A stretch of 64,000 nt of DNA from Escherichia coli (lineage in GTDB: Bacteria > Pseudomonadota > Gammaproteobacteria > Enterobacterales > Enterobacteriaceae), in NCBI RefSeq assembly GCF_024298765.1, contig NZ_CP101210.1; one strand, written 5' to 3'. The notes beneath the pieces were generated by a model, which was given only the letters and a program-made list of their open reading frames with translations, was not told where the DNA came from and searched no databases. The translations under genes were made by a program, and so were the position numbers. Position 1 is the stretch's first letter. Each line of letters opens with the position of its first letter. This document shows positions 8,690-22,164 of the stretch, one piece after another.

Positions 8690-10330
8690 TTACGCGTTTT
8701 TCAGAACTTCGCTAACAATCTCAACCGCTTCTTTCTCAATTTGCTTGCGATGTTCTTCCCCGAGGAAGCTTTCGCAATAAATCTTGTACGCGTCTTCCGT
8801 GCCTGACGGACGCGCGGCGAACCAGCCGTTGTCAGTCATCACTTTCAGACCGCCAATAGAAGCACCGTTGCCCGGAGCAGCAGTCAGGCGTGCGGTGATC
8901 GGGTCACCTGCCAGGGTGCTGGCGCTCACCATTTCCGGAGACAGTTTAGACAGCGCCGCTTTTTGTGCGGAAGTCGCGGCTGCCTGCAAACGGTTGTAGC
9001 TCGGCGCACCAAAGCGTTTTGCCAGTTCGTTGTAGTGTTCCTGCGGATTCTTACCGGTAACAGCGGTGATTTCCGCCGCCAGCAGACACATAATGATGCC
9101 GTCTTTATCGGTGGACCACGGCGTGCCGTCGAAACGCAGGAAGGAAGCCCCTGCGCTCTCTTCGCCGCCAAAGCCGAAGCTGCCGTCGAACAGACCATCA
9201 ACAAACCATTTGAAACCTACCGGGACTTCTACCAGCTTACGGCCCAAGTCATTGACCACACGGTCGATCATCGCAGATGAAACCAGCGTTTTACCGACAG
9301 CAACATCTTTGCCCCACTGCGGACGGTGCTGGAACAGGTAGTTGATCGCCACCGCCAGGTAGTGGTTCGGATTCATCAAACCTGCCGGAGTGACGATACC
9401 GTGACGGTCATAATCCGGGTCGTTAGCAAACGCCAGATCGAACTTATCACGCAGTGCCAGCAGGCCCGCCATCGCACACTCGGAGGAGCAGTCCATACGG
9501 ATCGCACCGTCTTTATCTAGGTGCATAAAGCGGAAGGTTTGATCGACCTGATCGTTAACGATGGTCAGGTTGAGGTTGTAATACTCGCCAATACGCTTCC
9601 AGTATTCGATACCAGAACCGCCCAGCGGATCGACACCCAGCGTCAGGCCCGCTTTCTGAATCGCTGCCATATCAACGATATCGGCCAGCCCTTCCACGAA
9701 CGGCTGCACCAGATCCTGCTCTTTCACATGACCGGATGCCATCGCTTCGTCGAGGGAGATACGCTTCACGCCTTTCAGGCCATCAGCCATCAGTGCGTTG
9801 GCCCTGTCTTCCACCACTTTAGTGACGTTGGTATCAGCCGGGCCACCATTTGGCGGATTGTACTTGATACCACCATCTTCCGGCGGGTTATGAGACGGTG
9901 TAATCACGATACCGTCTGCCAGCGGGCCACCTTTTTTATTGTGAACCAGAATGGCATTGGAAATGGCAGGTGTCGGAGTGAAGCCATTGTTTTCCTGCAC
10001 AATGATATCAACACCGTTCGCTGCCAGCACTTCCAGTACGGAAATGAACGCAGGCTCGGACAGGGCGTGAGTATCTTTACCCACATAGCAAGGGCCAGTG
10101 ATGCCGTTTTTCGCACGTTCTTCAGCAATTGCCTGAGCGATCGCCAGAATGTGCGGCTCGTTAAAGCTGTGGCGCGCTGCACTGCCACGGTGACCGGAAG
10201 TACCGAATTTCACCGCGTGCTCCGCATTCCCTGCTTCTGGTTTCAGTACATAATATTGCGCCGTCAGTTGGGCGACGTTAATCAAATCACTCTGTTGTGC
10301 AGGTTGGCCTGCACGATTGTGGATTGCCAT
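8690..10330 (-). CDS. pgm: Phosphoglucomutase (546 aa)
   Basis: Alpha-D-phosphohexomutase signature (TPSHNP); start at MAIHNRAG. Confidence 0.95.
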   Translation of the reverse strand: MAIHNRAGQPAQQSDLINVAQLTAQYYVLKPEAGNAEHAVKFGTSGHRGSAARHSFNEPHILAIAQAIAEERAKNGITGPCYVGKDTHALSEPAFISVLEVLAANGVDIIVQENNGFTPTPAISNAILVHNKKGGPLADGIVITPSHNPPEDGGIKYNPPNGGPADTNVTKVVEDRANALMADGLKGVKRISLDEAMASGHVKEQDLVQPFVEGLADIVDMAAIQKAGLTLGVDPLGGSGIEYWKRIGEYYNLNLTIVNDQVDQTFRFMHLDKDGAIRMDCSSECAMAGLLALRDKFDLAFANDPDYDRHGIVTPAGLMNPNHYLAVAINYLFQHRPQWGKDVAVGKTLVSSAMIDRVVNDLGRKLVEVPVGFKWFVDGLFDGSFGFGGEESAGASFLRFDGTPWSTDKDGIIMCLLAAEITAVTGKNPQEHYNELAKRFGAPSYNRLQAAATSAQKAALSKLSPEMVSASTLAGDPITARLTAAPGNGASIGGLKVMTDNGWFAARPSGTEDAYKIYCESFLGEEHRKQIEKEAVEIVSEVLKNA

Positions 10331-10355
10331 TGCTTTGTCCTTTGTCTGCAACGTT

Positions 10356-10901
10356 TTAGATAGTTCCGCAAACCTTCTCAATCAATTCCGCCGGGAATTG
10401 CATCGACTGCATGATGTGTTCGATCATGCTGCATTTACGGCCGGTGTTGGTGTTGGTGATCACCCAATACGGCGTGCCAGGCACATGTTTCGGCTTGGTC
10501 TGATTACCATTTTTCAGCAGCGTTTGTTCATCTGCCGCAAAGTAAACGCGTGTACGACCGTGCAACGATTCCGTTGCCTCGGCAAACGCCTGGGCGTCAA
10601 GAGAATATAGTGTAGACAACAGCAGCATAAAGCGATTGACCGCTCGCTTTTGCTCTGCGTATTCATCCGAAAGCAGAAGTTCACGCATTGCGCGAACCTT
10701 GTCTTTAATCGTTTTGACCGGCTTCGCTTCGACGATAGCAGGTGACGCAACGCGAACCTCTTTCGTCACCGGAGCAGCAGGCTGTGATGCGGCGGAAAAT
10801 TTCAACATACGCCGTAAAATGTCGGATGCGCTCTCGCCGATATGCTTAGTGTGGCTGGCAATATAGCTGTAGAGTTCATCATCAACTTCAATCGTTTTCA
10901 T
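10356..10901 (-). CDS. seqA: Replication initiation negative regulator SeqA (181 aa)
   Basis: Matches SeqA ([35 protein letters not shown]...); ORF-track start is an upstream extension. Confidence 0.95.
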
Positions 10902-11085
10902 CTTAATCCAGTGCAGTGTCTTAGCTGAATACAAGTCGCCAGGAGTATATGAATAAATCCCGGCAGCGGATAGCGTCAAGCCTAGCTTGCAGAAAAACTC
11001 GGAATAAACCTTATTTGTTGCAGCCCTGTGGCACAATGGTCAACATAATACCCTAACCCGACAACGCGAAAAAAAGAACTTTGCC

Positions 11086-11850
11086 ATGAAATTGAATATC
11101 CGCGCGCAAACTGCACAAAACCAGCACAATAATTCTCCCATCGTTCTTGTCCACGGTCTGTTTGGCAGCCTCGACAACCTTGGCGTACTGGCTCGCGATC
11201 TGGTAAACGATCACAATATCATCCAGGTTGATATGCGTAACCACGGTCTTTCACCGAGAGATCCGGTAATGAATTACCCGGCGATGGCCCAGGATCTTGT
11301 TGATACCCTGGATGCACTGCAGATCGACAAAGCAACATTTATCGGTCACTCCATGGGCGGTAAAGCGGTAATGGCACTTACTGCACTGGCCCCCGATCGG
11401 ATTGACAAGCTGGTGGCAATTGATATTGCGCCGGTCGATTATCACGTTCGCCGGCATGATGAGATTTTCGCGGCCATCAACGCAGTCAGTGAATCGGACG
11501 CACAAACTCGCCAGCAAGCAGCAGCAATAATGCGCCAGCATCTTAATGAAGAAGGGGTGATTCAGTTTCTGCTGAAATCTTTTGTTGACGGGGAGTGGCG
11601 CTTTAACGTGCCGGTATTGTGGGATCAGTATCCGCATATTGTGGGTTGGGAGAAAATCCCGGCATGGGATCACCCTGCCCTGTTTATCCCTGGCGGCAAT
11701 TCTCCGTATGTTAGCGAGCAGTACCGTGATGATTTACTGGCGCAATTTCCACAGGCGCGGGCGCATGTGATTGCTGGCGCGGGTCACTGGGTCCATGCTG
11801 AAAAACCGGATGCGGTATTACGCGCTATCCGTCGCTATCTCAATGATTAA
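11086..11850 (+). CDS. ybfF: Alpha/beta-hydrolase esterase YbfF
   Basis: 254 aa with GHSMGG nucleophile elbow. Confidence 0.9.
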   Translation: MKLNIRAQTAQNQHNNSPIVLVHGLFGSLDNLGVLARDLVNDHNIIQVDMRNHGLSPRDPVMNYPAMAQDLVDTLDALQIDKATFIGHSMGGKAVMALTALAPDRIDKLVAIDIAPVDYHVRRHDEIFAAINAVSESDAQTRQQAAAIMRQHLNEEGVIQFLLKSFVDGEWRFNVPVLWDQYPHIVGWEKIPAWDHPALFIPGGNSPYVSEQYRDDLLAQFPQARAHVIAGAGHWVHAEKPDAVLRAIRRYLND

Positions 11851-11989
11851 CGCAACTGATTAAAAACCCAGCGTCCGCGTCGCTTTCCGCGCGTGGGCGT
11901 TGGCGTGACTCATCGCGCTGATGTATTATGGCGCGCTATCCATCCGGGCAGAGGCCTGGCTGATTGTTTCCCCCGAAGTCACCAAGATC

Positions 11990-12283
11990 ATGGCCAAAGA
12001 ACAAACGGACCGTACGACATTAGATCTGTTCGCGCACGAGCGTCGACCGGGACGACCGAAAACTAATCCGCTTTCGCGCGATGAACAGCTGCGTATTAAT
12101 AAACGCAACCAGCTAAAACGCGACAAAGTACGTGGCCTTAAGCGTGTCGAACTGAAGCTGAACGCGGAAGCTGTCGAGGCGCTGAACGAGCTGGCGGAAT
12201 CGCGCAATATGAGCCGTAGCGAACTGATCGAAGAGATGTTAATGCAGCAACTGGCGGCGCTGCGTAGTCAGGGCATCGTTTAA
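11990..12283 (+). CDS. ybfE: LexA-regulated small protein YbfE (97 aa)
   Basis: Start taken at [14 protein letters not shown]...; basic ribbon-helix-helix-like protein. Confidence 0.8.
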   Translation: MAKEQTDRTTLDLFAHERRPGRPKTNPLSRDEQLRINKRNQLKRDKVRGLKRVELKLNAEAVEALNELAESRNMSRSELIEEMLMQQLAALRSQGIV

Positions 12284-12422
12284 ATTTCCACTTTCATGTA
12301 GCACAGTGTGCAGTCCTGCTCGTTTGCTGATTCCGCAAGACTGCCTGTTCTGCTATGATTGCCTTTATCCGTGGGCAATTTTCCACCCCCATTTCAATAA
12401 GTTTCAAGAGGTTATTTCACTC

Positions 12423-12953
12423 ATGGCTATCACTGGCATCTTTTTCGGCAGCGACACCGGTAATACCGAAAATATCGCAAAAATGATTCAAAAACAGCTT
12501 GGTAAAGACGTTGCCGATGTCCATGACATTGCAAAAAGCAGCAAAGAAGATCTGGAAGCTTATGACATTCTGCTGCTGGGCATCCCAACCTGGTATTACG
12601 GCGAAGCGCAGTGTGACTGGGATGACTTCTTCCCGACTCTCGAAGAGATTGATTTCAATGGCAAACTGGTTGCGCTGTTTGGTTGTGGTGACCAGGAAGA
12701 TTACGCCGAATATTTCTGCGACGCATTGGGCACCATCCGCGACATTATTGAACCGCGCGGTGCAACCATCGTTGGTCACTGGCCAACTGCGGGCTACCAT
12801 TTCGAAGCGTCAAAAGGTCTGGCAGATGACGACCACTTTGTCGGTCTGGCTATCGACGAAGACCGTCAGCCGGAACTGACCGCTGAACGTGTAGAAAAAT
12901 GGGTTAAACAGATTTCTGAAGAGTTGCATCTCGACGAAATTCTCAATGCCTGA
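12423..12953 (+). CDS. fldA: Flavodoxin 1 (176 aa)
   Basis: Flavodoxin signature [16 protein letters not shown]; start chosen at the internal ATG. Confidence 0.95.
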
Positions 12954-13158
12954 TGTGATGCGGCGTAGACTCATGTCTACGCCGTATTAATAGATAATGC
13001 CAATCAAAATAATTGCTACAAATTTGTAACTTTTGCTGTTGTACCTGTACAATGTCCCGGTGTTCAAGTGGCCTTGCCGTTGTAAATGTAAGCTGTGCCA
13101 CGTTTTTATTAACAATATTTGCCAGGGACTTGTGGTTTTCATTTAGGCGTGGCAATTC

Positions 13159-13177
13159 TATAATGATACGCATTATC
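13159..13177. promoter_or_regulatory. Fur box in the fur/uof promoter
   Basis: tataatgatacgcattatc, close to the gataatgataatcattatc consensus; overlaps the uof start codon. Confidence 0.55.
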
Positions 13178-13249
13178 TCAAGAGCAAATTCTGTCACTTC
13201 TCCTAATGAAGTGAACCGCTTAGTAACAGGACAGATTCCGCATGACTGA
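13163..13249 (+). CDS. uof: fur leader ORF uof (28 codons)
   Basis: MIRIISRANSVTSPNEVNRLVTGQIPHD; stop overlaps the fur start codon region, consistent with translational coupling. Confidence 0.65.
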   Translation: MIRIISRANSVTSPNEVNRLVTGQIPHD

Positions 13250-13688
13250 TAACAATACCGCCCTAAAGAAAGCTGGCCTGAAAGTAACGCTTCCTCGTTT
13301 AAAAATCCTGGAAGTTCTTCAGGAGCCGGACAACCATCACGTCAGTGCGGAAGATTTATACAAACGTCTGATCGATATGGGTGAAGAAATTGGTCTGGCT
13401 ACGGTATATCGCGTACTGAACCAGTTTGACGATGCTGGTATCGTCACCCGCCACAATTTTGAAGGCGGTAAATCCGTATTTGAACTGACACAGCAACATC
13501 ACCACGATCACCTGATCTGCCTCGACTGCGGCAAGGTTATCGAATTTAGTGATGATTCCATCGAAGCGCGTCAGCGTGAAATCGCCGCAAAACATGGCAT
13601 TCGCCTGACTAACCACAGTCTCTATCTTTACGGTCACTGCGCCGAAGGCGATTGCCGCGAAGATGAGCACGCGCACGAAGGCAAATAA
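13242..13688 (+). CDS. fur: Ferric uptake regulator Fur
   Basis: 148-aa protein matching E. coli Fur (MTDNNTALKKAGLKVTLPRLKILEVL...). Confidence 0.95.
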   Translation: MTDNNTALKKAGLKVTLPRLKILEVLQEPDNHHVSAEDLYKRLIDMGEEIGLATVYRVLNQFDDAGIVTRHNFEGGKSVFELTQQHHHDHLICLDCGKVIEFSDDSIEARQREIAAKHGIRLTNHSLYLYGHCAEGDCREDEHAHEGK

Positions 13689-13703
13689 GCCAGCCTGAAC
13701 GAG

Positions 13704-13732
13704 AAAAGCCAACCTGCAGGTTGGCTTTTTTA
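13704..13732. terminator. Bidirectional terminator between fur and chiQ
   Basis: Hairpin aagccaacc-tgcag-ggttggctt with flanking A and T runs. Confidence 0.6.
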
Positions 13733-13771
13733 TACAAGGAAAATAAGAAAAGCGAGAGTTACAGCTCTCAC

Positions 13772-14098
13772 TTATTTGTTATTACTGCGAATTTCCTGCC
13801 AGACCTTATCACAATCGGCTTTCACCGCCTGATCATTTCCGGTTTGCGTTGCCTGAATACACTGCTGATAATCCAGTACGCGGACACTTTCCTGCTCGGC
13901 AAACTGCTGATGTTGTTTCTCTTTCTTCAGCACGTTTAACACGCTCTGGCAGGCTTCAATTTTTTCCGGCGAACCTTGCGCGGTGTTGATACAGGCGCTG
14001 TAAGCCTCTTTCAGACGACTGTCTTCCTGCGGTGCGGTTGATTGCGCACAAGCTACCAGCCCCGATGCCATCATGGCGATGAGAATCAGTTTTTTCAT
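13772..14098 (-). CDS. chiQ: Lipoprotein ChiQ (YbfN)
   Basis: 108 aa; signal peptide plus lipobox (LVAC); lies downstream of chiP. Confidence 0.85.
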   Translation of the reverse strand: MKKLILIAMMASGLVACAQSTAPQEDSRLKEAYSACINTAQGSPEKIEACQSVLNVLKKEKQHQQFAEQESVRVLDYQQCIQATQTGNDQAVKADCDKVWQEIRSNNK

Positions 14099-14147
14099 AG
14101 CAAATTCCTCAAACGTGCGGCAGGCACAAAACCTGCCGCGTCGGGCA

Positions 14148-15554
14148 TCAGAAGATGGTGAATGGTGCGATTACCATGAATTTCACGTCGCGCTCATCCT
14201 GGAAAATGTTGCCGTAACCACCGCCCCAGCTTGGGATGTCGGAGTGGTTGTCATATTCGGTGAAATGCAGTTTGAACATCGTGCCCTTGGCACGACCGTC
14301 CTGAATGGTGTAAACCGCATCCAGGCTGTAGGCAGACTCTTCAATAGTCCGGTTCTTGTCGTAGTACGCATCCGGATTGCTCTGCCAGGTCGCAGGTTTA
14401 GCATCCCATGCGTAAACGTAGGAAGCGCCGATGGCGAAGCCTGGAAGATTCCAGTTTTTCAGGTCATACATCGCACCGAAGAAGACCGCTTTTTCGCCGT
14501 TGGCGTTGAAGTCGGAACGGTTATCCCACCAGATATCCAGGCGACCGTTCGAGGAAGCGTAGGTTGGAGTCATACGTTGCAGGAAGTATCCTTGCTGACC
14601 GTCAGCCTTAACCCAGGTACCTTCGAGGCGCAAATCCACTACGTCAGCCGCCCGGTAACCAAAGGTCAACGCCTGCAGCCAGGCGGTGCCGTCATAAAGA
14701 TCGTTGATGCTGCGATCGTCAACTTTATCGCGCGTACCATAGAACTGGTAGCTGGTGGTTAACGGGCTACCGGCGATATCAAATTTGTAGCTGGCTTTGG
14801 CAAAATATTGATCGATATACCCTTCGGCCTGACCAAACGCCGCTTCCAGTACGAAGTTATTTTTGAAGTCGTACTTCGCCCCAAGGGAGTGTAGATAATC
14901 AACTTTGGTGGTTTTATCGTTCTGATAAAACTCATCCATTTCCAGATGCCACGGTGCTTTGTATTCGTTGGTCCACATGTAGGAGAAACTCAACGCACCA
15001 GCATCGCCGTAATCAAAATTCGCCCCGGCCTCCGCCCCCTGATAAGTACCCGGCATAAAGCTCCAGTGTGGCGCTAACAGCGTCTGACCGGTTGGCTGAA
15101 TATAACCTGCCCTCGCCCAAACCGGACCGTATTTAAATTTGGCCGCTGCTTTATACAGGCTTATACCGCTTTTATCGCCGGACCAGTCTTCGTCATAGGC
15201 TTTATTACTTTTTGAAAACGCGATTTCGTTCGGGTGAGAGCTGTCGCCGTTTTCCGCCATTTCAATCGCCGTAAACACGGCAATATCAAGGCCGAACATA
15301 TCAGCAGCATAACCAGACTGAAAATCGAGGTTGGCGTTCCAGGTGGAGTGAGAAAGGTTGGTTTTGTATTTATCGCCGTCGGTAACATCTTTACGGTCGC
15401 GTTCACGCTGCCAGTAATAGATACCGCCGGTTAAGGTTGAATCGTCGATGAATCCTTCGGCGCGAGCCTCCGGAATTGCCATAAAGCCCGACATAGCTGT
15501 AACACCGGCGATAGCCAGCGCCAGCGTACTACGTTTGCCACTAAACGTACGCAT
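14148..15554 (-). CDS. chiP: Chitoporin ChiP (YbfM), OprD-family outer-membrane porin
   Basis: 468 aa; signal peptide; C-terminal aromatic residue (...FTIF) typical of beta-barrel outer-membrane proteins. Confidence 0.9.
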   Translation of the reverse strand: MRTFSGKRSTLALAIAGVTAMSGFMAIPEARAEGFIDDSTLTGGIYYWQRERDRKDVTDGDKYKTNLSHSTWNANLDFQSGYAADMFGLDIAVFTAIEMAENGDSSHPNEIAFSKSNKAYDEDWSGDKSGISLYKAAAKFKYGPVWARAGYIQPTGQTLLAPHWSFMPGTYQGAEAGANFDYGDAGALSFSYMWTNEYKAPWHLEMDEFYQNDKTTKVDYLHSLGAKYDFKNNFVLEAAFGQAEGYIDQYFAKASYKFDIAGSPLTTSYQFYGTRDKVDDRSINDLYDGTAWLQALTFGYRAADVVDLRLEGTWVKADGQQGYFLQRMTPTYASSNGRLDIWWDNRSDFNANGEKAVFFGAMYDLKNWNLPGFAIGASYVYAWDAKPATWQSNPDAYYDKNRTIEESAYSLDAVYTIQDGRAKGTMFKLHFTEYDNHSDIPSWGGGYGNIFQDERDVKFMVIAPFTIF

Positions 15555-16001
15555 GGGTTAATCCTCTTTGACGTATAAATTGCTGCACCAAAGGTGAACA
15601 GCGAAAAAAATAAAAATTAAAAAAATAGCGTTGAGAAAAGTCTCGCTGACTACAGGAACAGACTATTTTTCGCGACGCGAATTATCAATCTCTTTCTGTA
15701 ACCAGAATGTAAGAACATGAGCAACCGCACATATTTTGATGATTTTTGTTACAAGGCTTAAGTTTGCGGTTGAAAGGCTTGCAGAAGAATAAAAGCGTGA
15801 AATTCCAGCAAGATGAAAGCGGTTACATTTTATTTAATTATGTTTTGTGATTTTAAATTTATTTTATGGATAAATTGCGAAGCGGAATTAATTCGCGAAG
15901 AAAAGCAGAAAAAACGCCGCAGAGCGCGGCGTTTGGGATTGTTTGCATGTTTCTTGCCGGATGCGGCGTAAATGCCTCACCCGGCCTGGTAGAACTTAAA
16001 A

Positions 16002-17666
16002 TTACTCGCCTACTTTCGCCCAGGTATCACGCAGCCCAACGGTGCGGTTAAATACCGGTTTTTCCGCCGTAGAATGGCGGCTGTCGAGGCAGAAGTAACC
16101 TTCACGCTCAAACTGGAATGCTTTACCCGCTACCGCGTCTTTCAGCGACGGTTCAGCGAAACCCTGTTTGATCACCAGCGATTCCGGGTTAATCACCGAC
16201 AGGAAATCATCCGCAGCACCTGGGTTAGGCACGCTGAACAGACGGTCATACAAACGGATTTCAACCGGCAGCGCATGTGCCGCGCTCACCCAGTGAATAA
16301 CACCTTTCACTTTACGACCATCTGCCGGATCTTTGCTTAAGGTGTCGGCGTCATAAGTACAGAAGATGGTGGTGATATTGCCTTCGGCATCTTTCTCCAC
16401 GCGTTCAGCCTTAATGACGTAAGCATTACGCAGACGCACTTCTTTACCCAGCACCAGACGTTTGTACTGCTTGTTAGCTTCTTCGCGGAAATCGGCGCGA
16501 TCGATCCAAATCTCACCGCTAAACGGCACCTGACGGCTCCCCATTTCCGGTTTGTTCGGATGGTTCGGCATGGTGACCATTTCGCCTTCGCCCTGATAGT
16601 TTTCGATAACCAGTTTCACCGGATCGATAACCGCCATTGCGCGCGGAGCGTTTTCGTTGAGATCTTCACGGATGCAGGATTCCAGCGACGCCATTTCAAT
16701 GGTGTTGTCCTGCTTGGTCACGCCGATGCGTTTGCAGAACTCACGAATAGAAGCCGCAGTGTAACCACGACGACGCAGACCGGAAATGGTCGGCATACGC
16801 GGGTCATCCCAGCCTTCAACGTGCTTGTCGGTCACCAGCAGGTTCAGCTTACGCTTGGACATCACAGTGTATTCCAGATTCAGGCGCGAGAATTCGTACT
16901 GGCGCGGGTGAACAGGAATGGTGATGTTGTCCAGCACCCAGTCGTACAGGCGACGGTTGTCCTGGAACTCAAGCGTACACAGAGAGTGCGTAATACCTTC
17001 CAGCGCATCGCTGATGCAATGGGTGAAGTCGTACATCGGGTAGATGCACCACTTGTTGCCAGTCTGGTGGTGTTCAGCAAATTTAATGCGGTACAGCACC
17101 GGATCGCGCATTACGATAAATGGCGACGCCATGTCGATTTTCGCACGCAGGCAGGCTTTACCTTCTTCAAAACTACCGGTACGCATTTTTTCGAACAGCG
17201 CCAGGTTCTCTTCAACGCTGCGGTCGCGGTACGGGCTGTTTTTACCCGGCTGCGTCAGGGTGCCGCGGTATTCGCGGATCTGTTCCGGTGTCAGTTCATC
17301 AACGTACGCCAGGCCTTTATTGATCAGTTCGATCGCATAGGCGTGGAGCTGATCAAAATAATCGGAGGAGTAACGGACGTTACCAGACCAGTGAAAACCT
17401 AACCACTCAACGTCGTTTTTGATCGACTCAACATACTCGATATCTTCTTTTACCGGGTTAGTGTCGTCGAAACGCAGGTTGCACTGGCCTTTATAGTCCT
17501 GGGCGATCCCGAAGTTCAGGCAGATAGATTTCGCATGGCCAATATGCAGATAGCCATTCGGCTCCGGCGGGAAACGGGTGTGTACTGTGGTGTGCTTACC
17601 ACTGGCCAGATCTTCATCGATGATCTGACGAATAAAGTTAGTCGGGCGGGCTTCTGCCTCACTCAT
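16002..17666 (-). CDS. glnS: Glutaminyl-tRNA synthetase
   Basis: 554 aa; class I HIGH (HIGH at residues 41-44) and VMSKR motifs. Confidence 0.95.
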   Translation of the reverse strand: MSEAEARPTNFIRQIIDEDLASGKHTTVHTRFPPEPNGYLHIGHAKSICLNFGIAQDYKGQCNLRFDDTNPVKEDIEYVESIKNDVEWLGFHWSGNVRYSSDYFDQLHAYAIELINKGLAYVDELTPEQIREYRGTLTQPGKNSPYRDRSVEENLALFEKMRTGSFEEGKACLRAKIDMASPFIVMRDPVLYRIKFAEHHQTGNKWCIYPMYDFTHCISDALEGITHSLCTLEFQDNRRLYDWVLDNITIPVHPRQYEFSRLNLEYTVMSKRKLNLLVTDKHVEGWDDPRMPTISGLRRRGYTAASIREFCKRIGVTKQDNTIEMASLESCIREDLNENAPRAMAVIDPVKLVIENYQGEGEMVTMPNHPNKPEMGSRQVPFSGEIWIDRADFREEANKQYKRLVLGKEVRLRNAYVIKAERVEKDAEGNITTIFCTYDADTLSKDPADGRKVKGVIHWVSAAHALPVEIRLYDRLFSVPNPGAADDFLSVINPESLVIKQGFAEPSLKDAVAGKAFQFEREGYFCLDSRHSTAEKPVFNRTVGLRDTWAKVGE

Positions 17667-17868
17667 CGTGGATTCCTCAAAGCGTAAACAACGTATAACG
17701 GCGTATGATCTTATAAGCGGGACAGGCTGACAACTGTTAGTTAGTGAAAATCGAAAATCTCACTGAGATTATGGGGATGATTGATGAAAAAAAAAGCGGC
17801 AGAGAAGATCTCCACCGCTTGTCATTGTTGGATGCGACGCTCAAGCGTCGCATCAGGCATAAAGCAGA

Positions 17869-19815
17869 TTACTTTTTGATTTCATACAGCGGTGTTTGAC
17901 CCGCCACAACATGGCCCTGAGCTTTAATGATCAGGCCGCTGAAATCGTCGATATTGCTGCAAACCACCGGGCTAATCATCGAGCGGGCGTTAGCGTTCAG
18001 GTAATCCAGATCCATTTCCAGAATCGGTTGTCCTGCGCTTACCTGCGCGCCCTCTTCCACCAGACGTTTAAAGCCTTTACCTTCCAGCGCTACGGTGTCG
18101 ATACCCATATGGACGACGATCTCCGCGCCTTTTTCGGTTTCCAGACAGAACGCGTGGTTGGTGTTGAAGATTTTCACGATTGTCCCTGCGGCTGGTGATA
18201 CGACGATTTTATCTGTCGGTTTCACCGCCACACCGTCACCCACCGCTTTGCTGGCGAATGCTTCGTCAGGAACCTGATCCAGTGCCACAACATCACCGGT
18301 AATCGGCGATACCAGCTCCGCGATAGACACCGCGTTTGGTACAGCCTGCGGTTTTGCTACAGGCGCGGCAGTTGCAGGCGCAGTTTCAGCTGACGCAGCG
18401 GCTACCGGACCACGGGCAACGACTTTCTTCATCGCATCGCCGATGGATTCTGCTTTCGCGCCCACAATCACCTGAATAGTCTGTTTGTTCAGTTTTACTA
18501 CCCCAGAAGCCCCCAGACGTTTACACATCACATCGTTGACGCGAGCTGAGTCAACCACGGTAAGGCGCAGACGAGTAATACAGGCGTCAATGGCTTTCAG
18601 GTTGTCAGTACCGCCAACCGCAGCAATATAGTTGGTTGCCAGTTGATTGAGACCTTCTTCCGTGTTGCTGTTGGCTTCTTCAGTAACGATCTCGTCTTCT
18701 TTATCTTCACGGCCCGGCGTTTTCAGGTTGAACATGCGGATAACCAAACTGAACACCACGAAGTAGATAGCGAAGAAGACAACACCCATCACCAGCAGCA
18801 TCCAGACGTTCTGGCTGGCGGCCGGCAGGTTATACATCAACGCGTAGTCGATAGCCCCCGCAGAGAAGGAGAAGCCCGCGTGGATACCCAGCAGCGTTGC
18901 CACAAACAGGCTGATACCGGTCAGCAGTGCGTGCAGGAGGTACAGCAGCGGCGCAAGGAACATGAACAGGAATTCCAGCGGCTCAGTCACACCGGTCAGG
19001 AACGCAGTAACAGCAACAGAAAGCAGCATACCGCCAACCATCGGACGACGCTCTTTCGGTGCTGCAAAGTACATCGCCAGCGCCGCACCCGGCAGACCGA
19101 ACATCATGATCGGGAAGAAGCCGGACATGAACATCCCCGCGGTGCCGTCACCGGCATAGAAGCGGTTAATGTCGCCGTGGAAAACCGTACCCGCCGCGTT
19201 GGTGAATTCACCAATCTGGAACCAGGCGATGGTGTTCAGTACCTGATGCAGACCGGTTGGGATCAGCAGACGGTTGATGAAACCAAAGATACCGGAACCC
19301 AGCGCGCCCGCAGAAACGATCCACTCGCCGCCTGCATGGATAGCGTGCTGTACCGGCGGCCAGACGTAACCAAAAATGGCCGCCAGCACCAGGCAGAAGA
19401 AGCCGGTGGCAATCGGCACAAAGCGTTTGCCGCCGAAGAAGCTCAGGAAGTCCGGCAGTTTAATATCGGACCAACGGTTATAGGCTGCACCACCGACCAG
19501 ACCGGTAATGATACCCGCCAGTACACCCATGTTAATTTCCGGGTTGATGGTCACCATCGCTTTGGTTAACACAAAGTAACCTACCGCACCCGCCAGTGCC
19601 GCCGCACCTGCGCTGTCTTTCGACCAGCTGGATGCCACGCCGATGGCGAAGATTAATGCGAGGTTATCAAAAATCGCACCGCCCGCCTGGGCAATAAACG
19701 CAACGTTAAGTAAATCTGGCTGACCGAATCGCAGCAACAGCGCCGCCACCGGCAGCACCGCGATAGGGAGCTGTAACGCCCTACCGAGTCGCTGGAAAAA
19801 ACCTAAAATATTCAT
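17869..19815 (-). CDS. nagE: PTS N-acetylglucosamine-specific EIICBA
   Basis: 648 aa; N-terminal polytopic EIIC domain followed by EIIB and EIIA domains. Confidence 0.95.
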   Translation of the reverse strand: MNILGFFQRLGRALQLPIAVLPVAALLLRFGQPDLLNVAFIAQAGGAIFDNLALIFAIGVASSWSKDSAGAAALAGAVGYFVLTKAMVTINPEINMGVLAGIITGLVGGAAYNRWSDIKLPDFLSFFGGKRFVPIATGFFCLVLAAIFGYVWPPVQHAIHAGGEWIVSAGALGSGIFGFINRLLIPTGLHQVLNTIAWFQIGEFTNAAGTVFHGDINRFYAGDGTAGMFMSGFFPIMMFGLPGAALAMYFAAPKERRPMVGGMLLSVAVTAFLTGVTEPLEFLFMFLAPLLYLLHALLTGISLFVATLLGIHAGFSFSAGAIDYALMYNLPAASQNVWMLLVMGVVFFAIYFVVFSLVIRMFNLKTPGREDKEDEIVTEEANSNTEEGLNQLATNYIAAVGGTDNLKAIDACITRLRLTVVDSARVNDVMCKRLGASGVVKLNKQTIQVIVGAKAESIGDAMKKVVARGPVAAASAETAPATAAPVAKPQAVPNAVSIAELVSPITGDVVALDQVPDEAFASKAVGDGVAVKPTDKIVVSPAAGTIVKIFNTNHAFCLETEKGAEIVVHMGIDTVALEGKGFKRLVEEGAQVSAGQPILEMDLDYLNANARSMISPVVCSNIDDFSGLIIKAQGHVVAGQTPLYEIKK

Positions 19816-19937
19816 CTTATTCCCCCTACGAGAACCCTATTTGGCTCGTTTAAAGCCGTATTTTTATTTTGCTGCAAATTGTACTGCCGATGTTCTGTAA
19901 TCAGATTGTTAGATCATCTGCTACAGAGTGTGTGAAA

Positions 19938-19960
19938 ATTTAATTCGTATCGCAAATTAA
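19938..19960. promoter_or_regulatory. Candidate NagC operator (nagE-proximal)
   Basis: Palindromic ttaattcgtatcgcaaattaa in the nagE-nagB divergent region. Confidence 0.4.
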
Positions 19961-19970
19961 ACGCGTGTCT

Positions 19971-19990
19971 TTTGTGAGTTTTGTCACCAA
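19971..19990. promoter_or_regulatory. Candidate CRP site in the nagE-nagB intergenic region
   Basis: tttgTGAgttttgTCAcc, resembling TGTGA-N6-TCACA. Confidence 0.45.
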
Positions 19991-20032
19991 ATATCGTTAT
20001 CATCACTCCCTTTTACTGGCTAAACCAGAAAA

Positions 20033-20057
20033 CTTATTTTATCATTCAAAAAATCAG
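20033..20057. promoter_or_regulatory. Candidate NagC operator (nagB-proximal)
   Basis: AT-rich dyad cttattttatcattcaaaaaatcag. Confidence 0.35.
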
Positions 20058-20147
20058 GTCGGATTGACGCCTGTCTGCGCAAATCCAGGTTACGCTTAAA
20101 GATGCCTAATCCGCCAACGGCTTACATTTTACTTATTGAGGTGAATA

Positions 20148-22156
<2,009 letters not shown>

Positions 22157-22164
22157 GAGAAAGT

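Noticed and set aside
11860-11989. LexA box upstream of ybfE
   Set aside because: Searched for CTG-N10-CAG; no convincing match by eye, so no regulatory feature is reported
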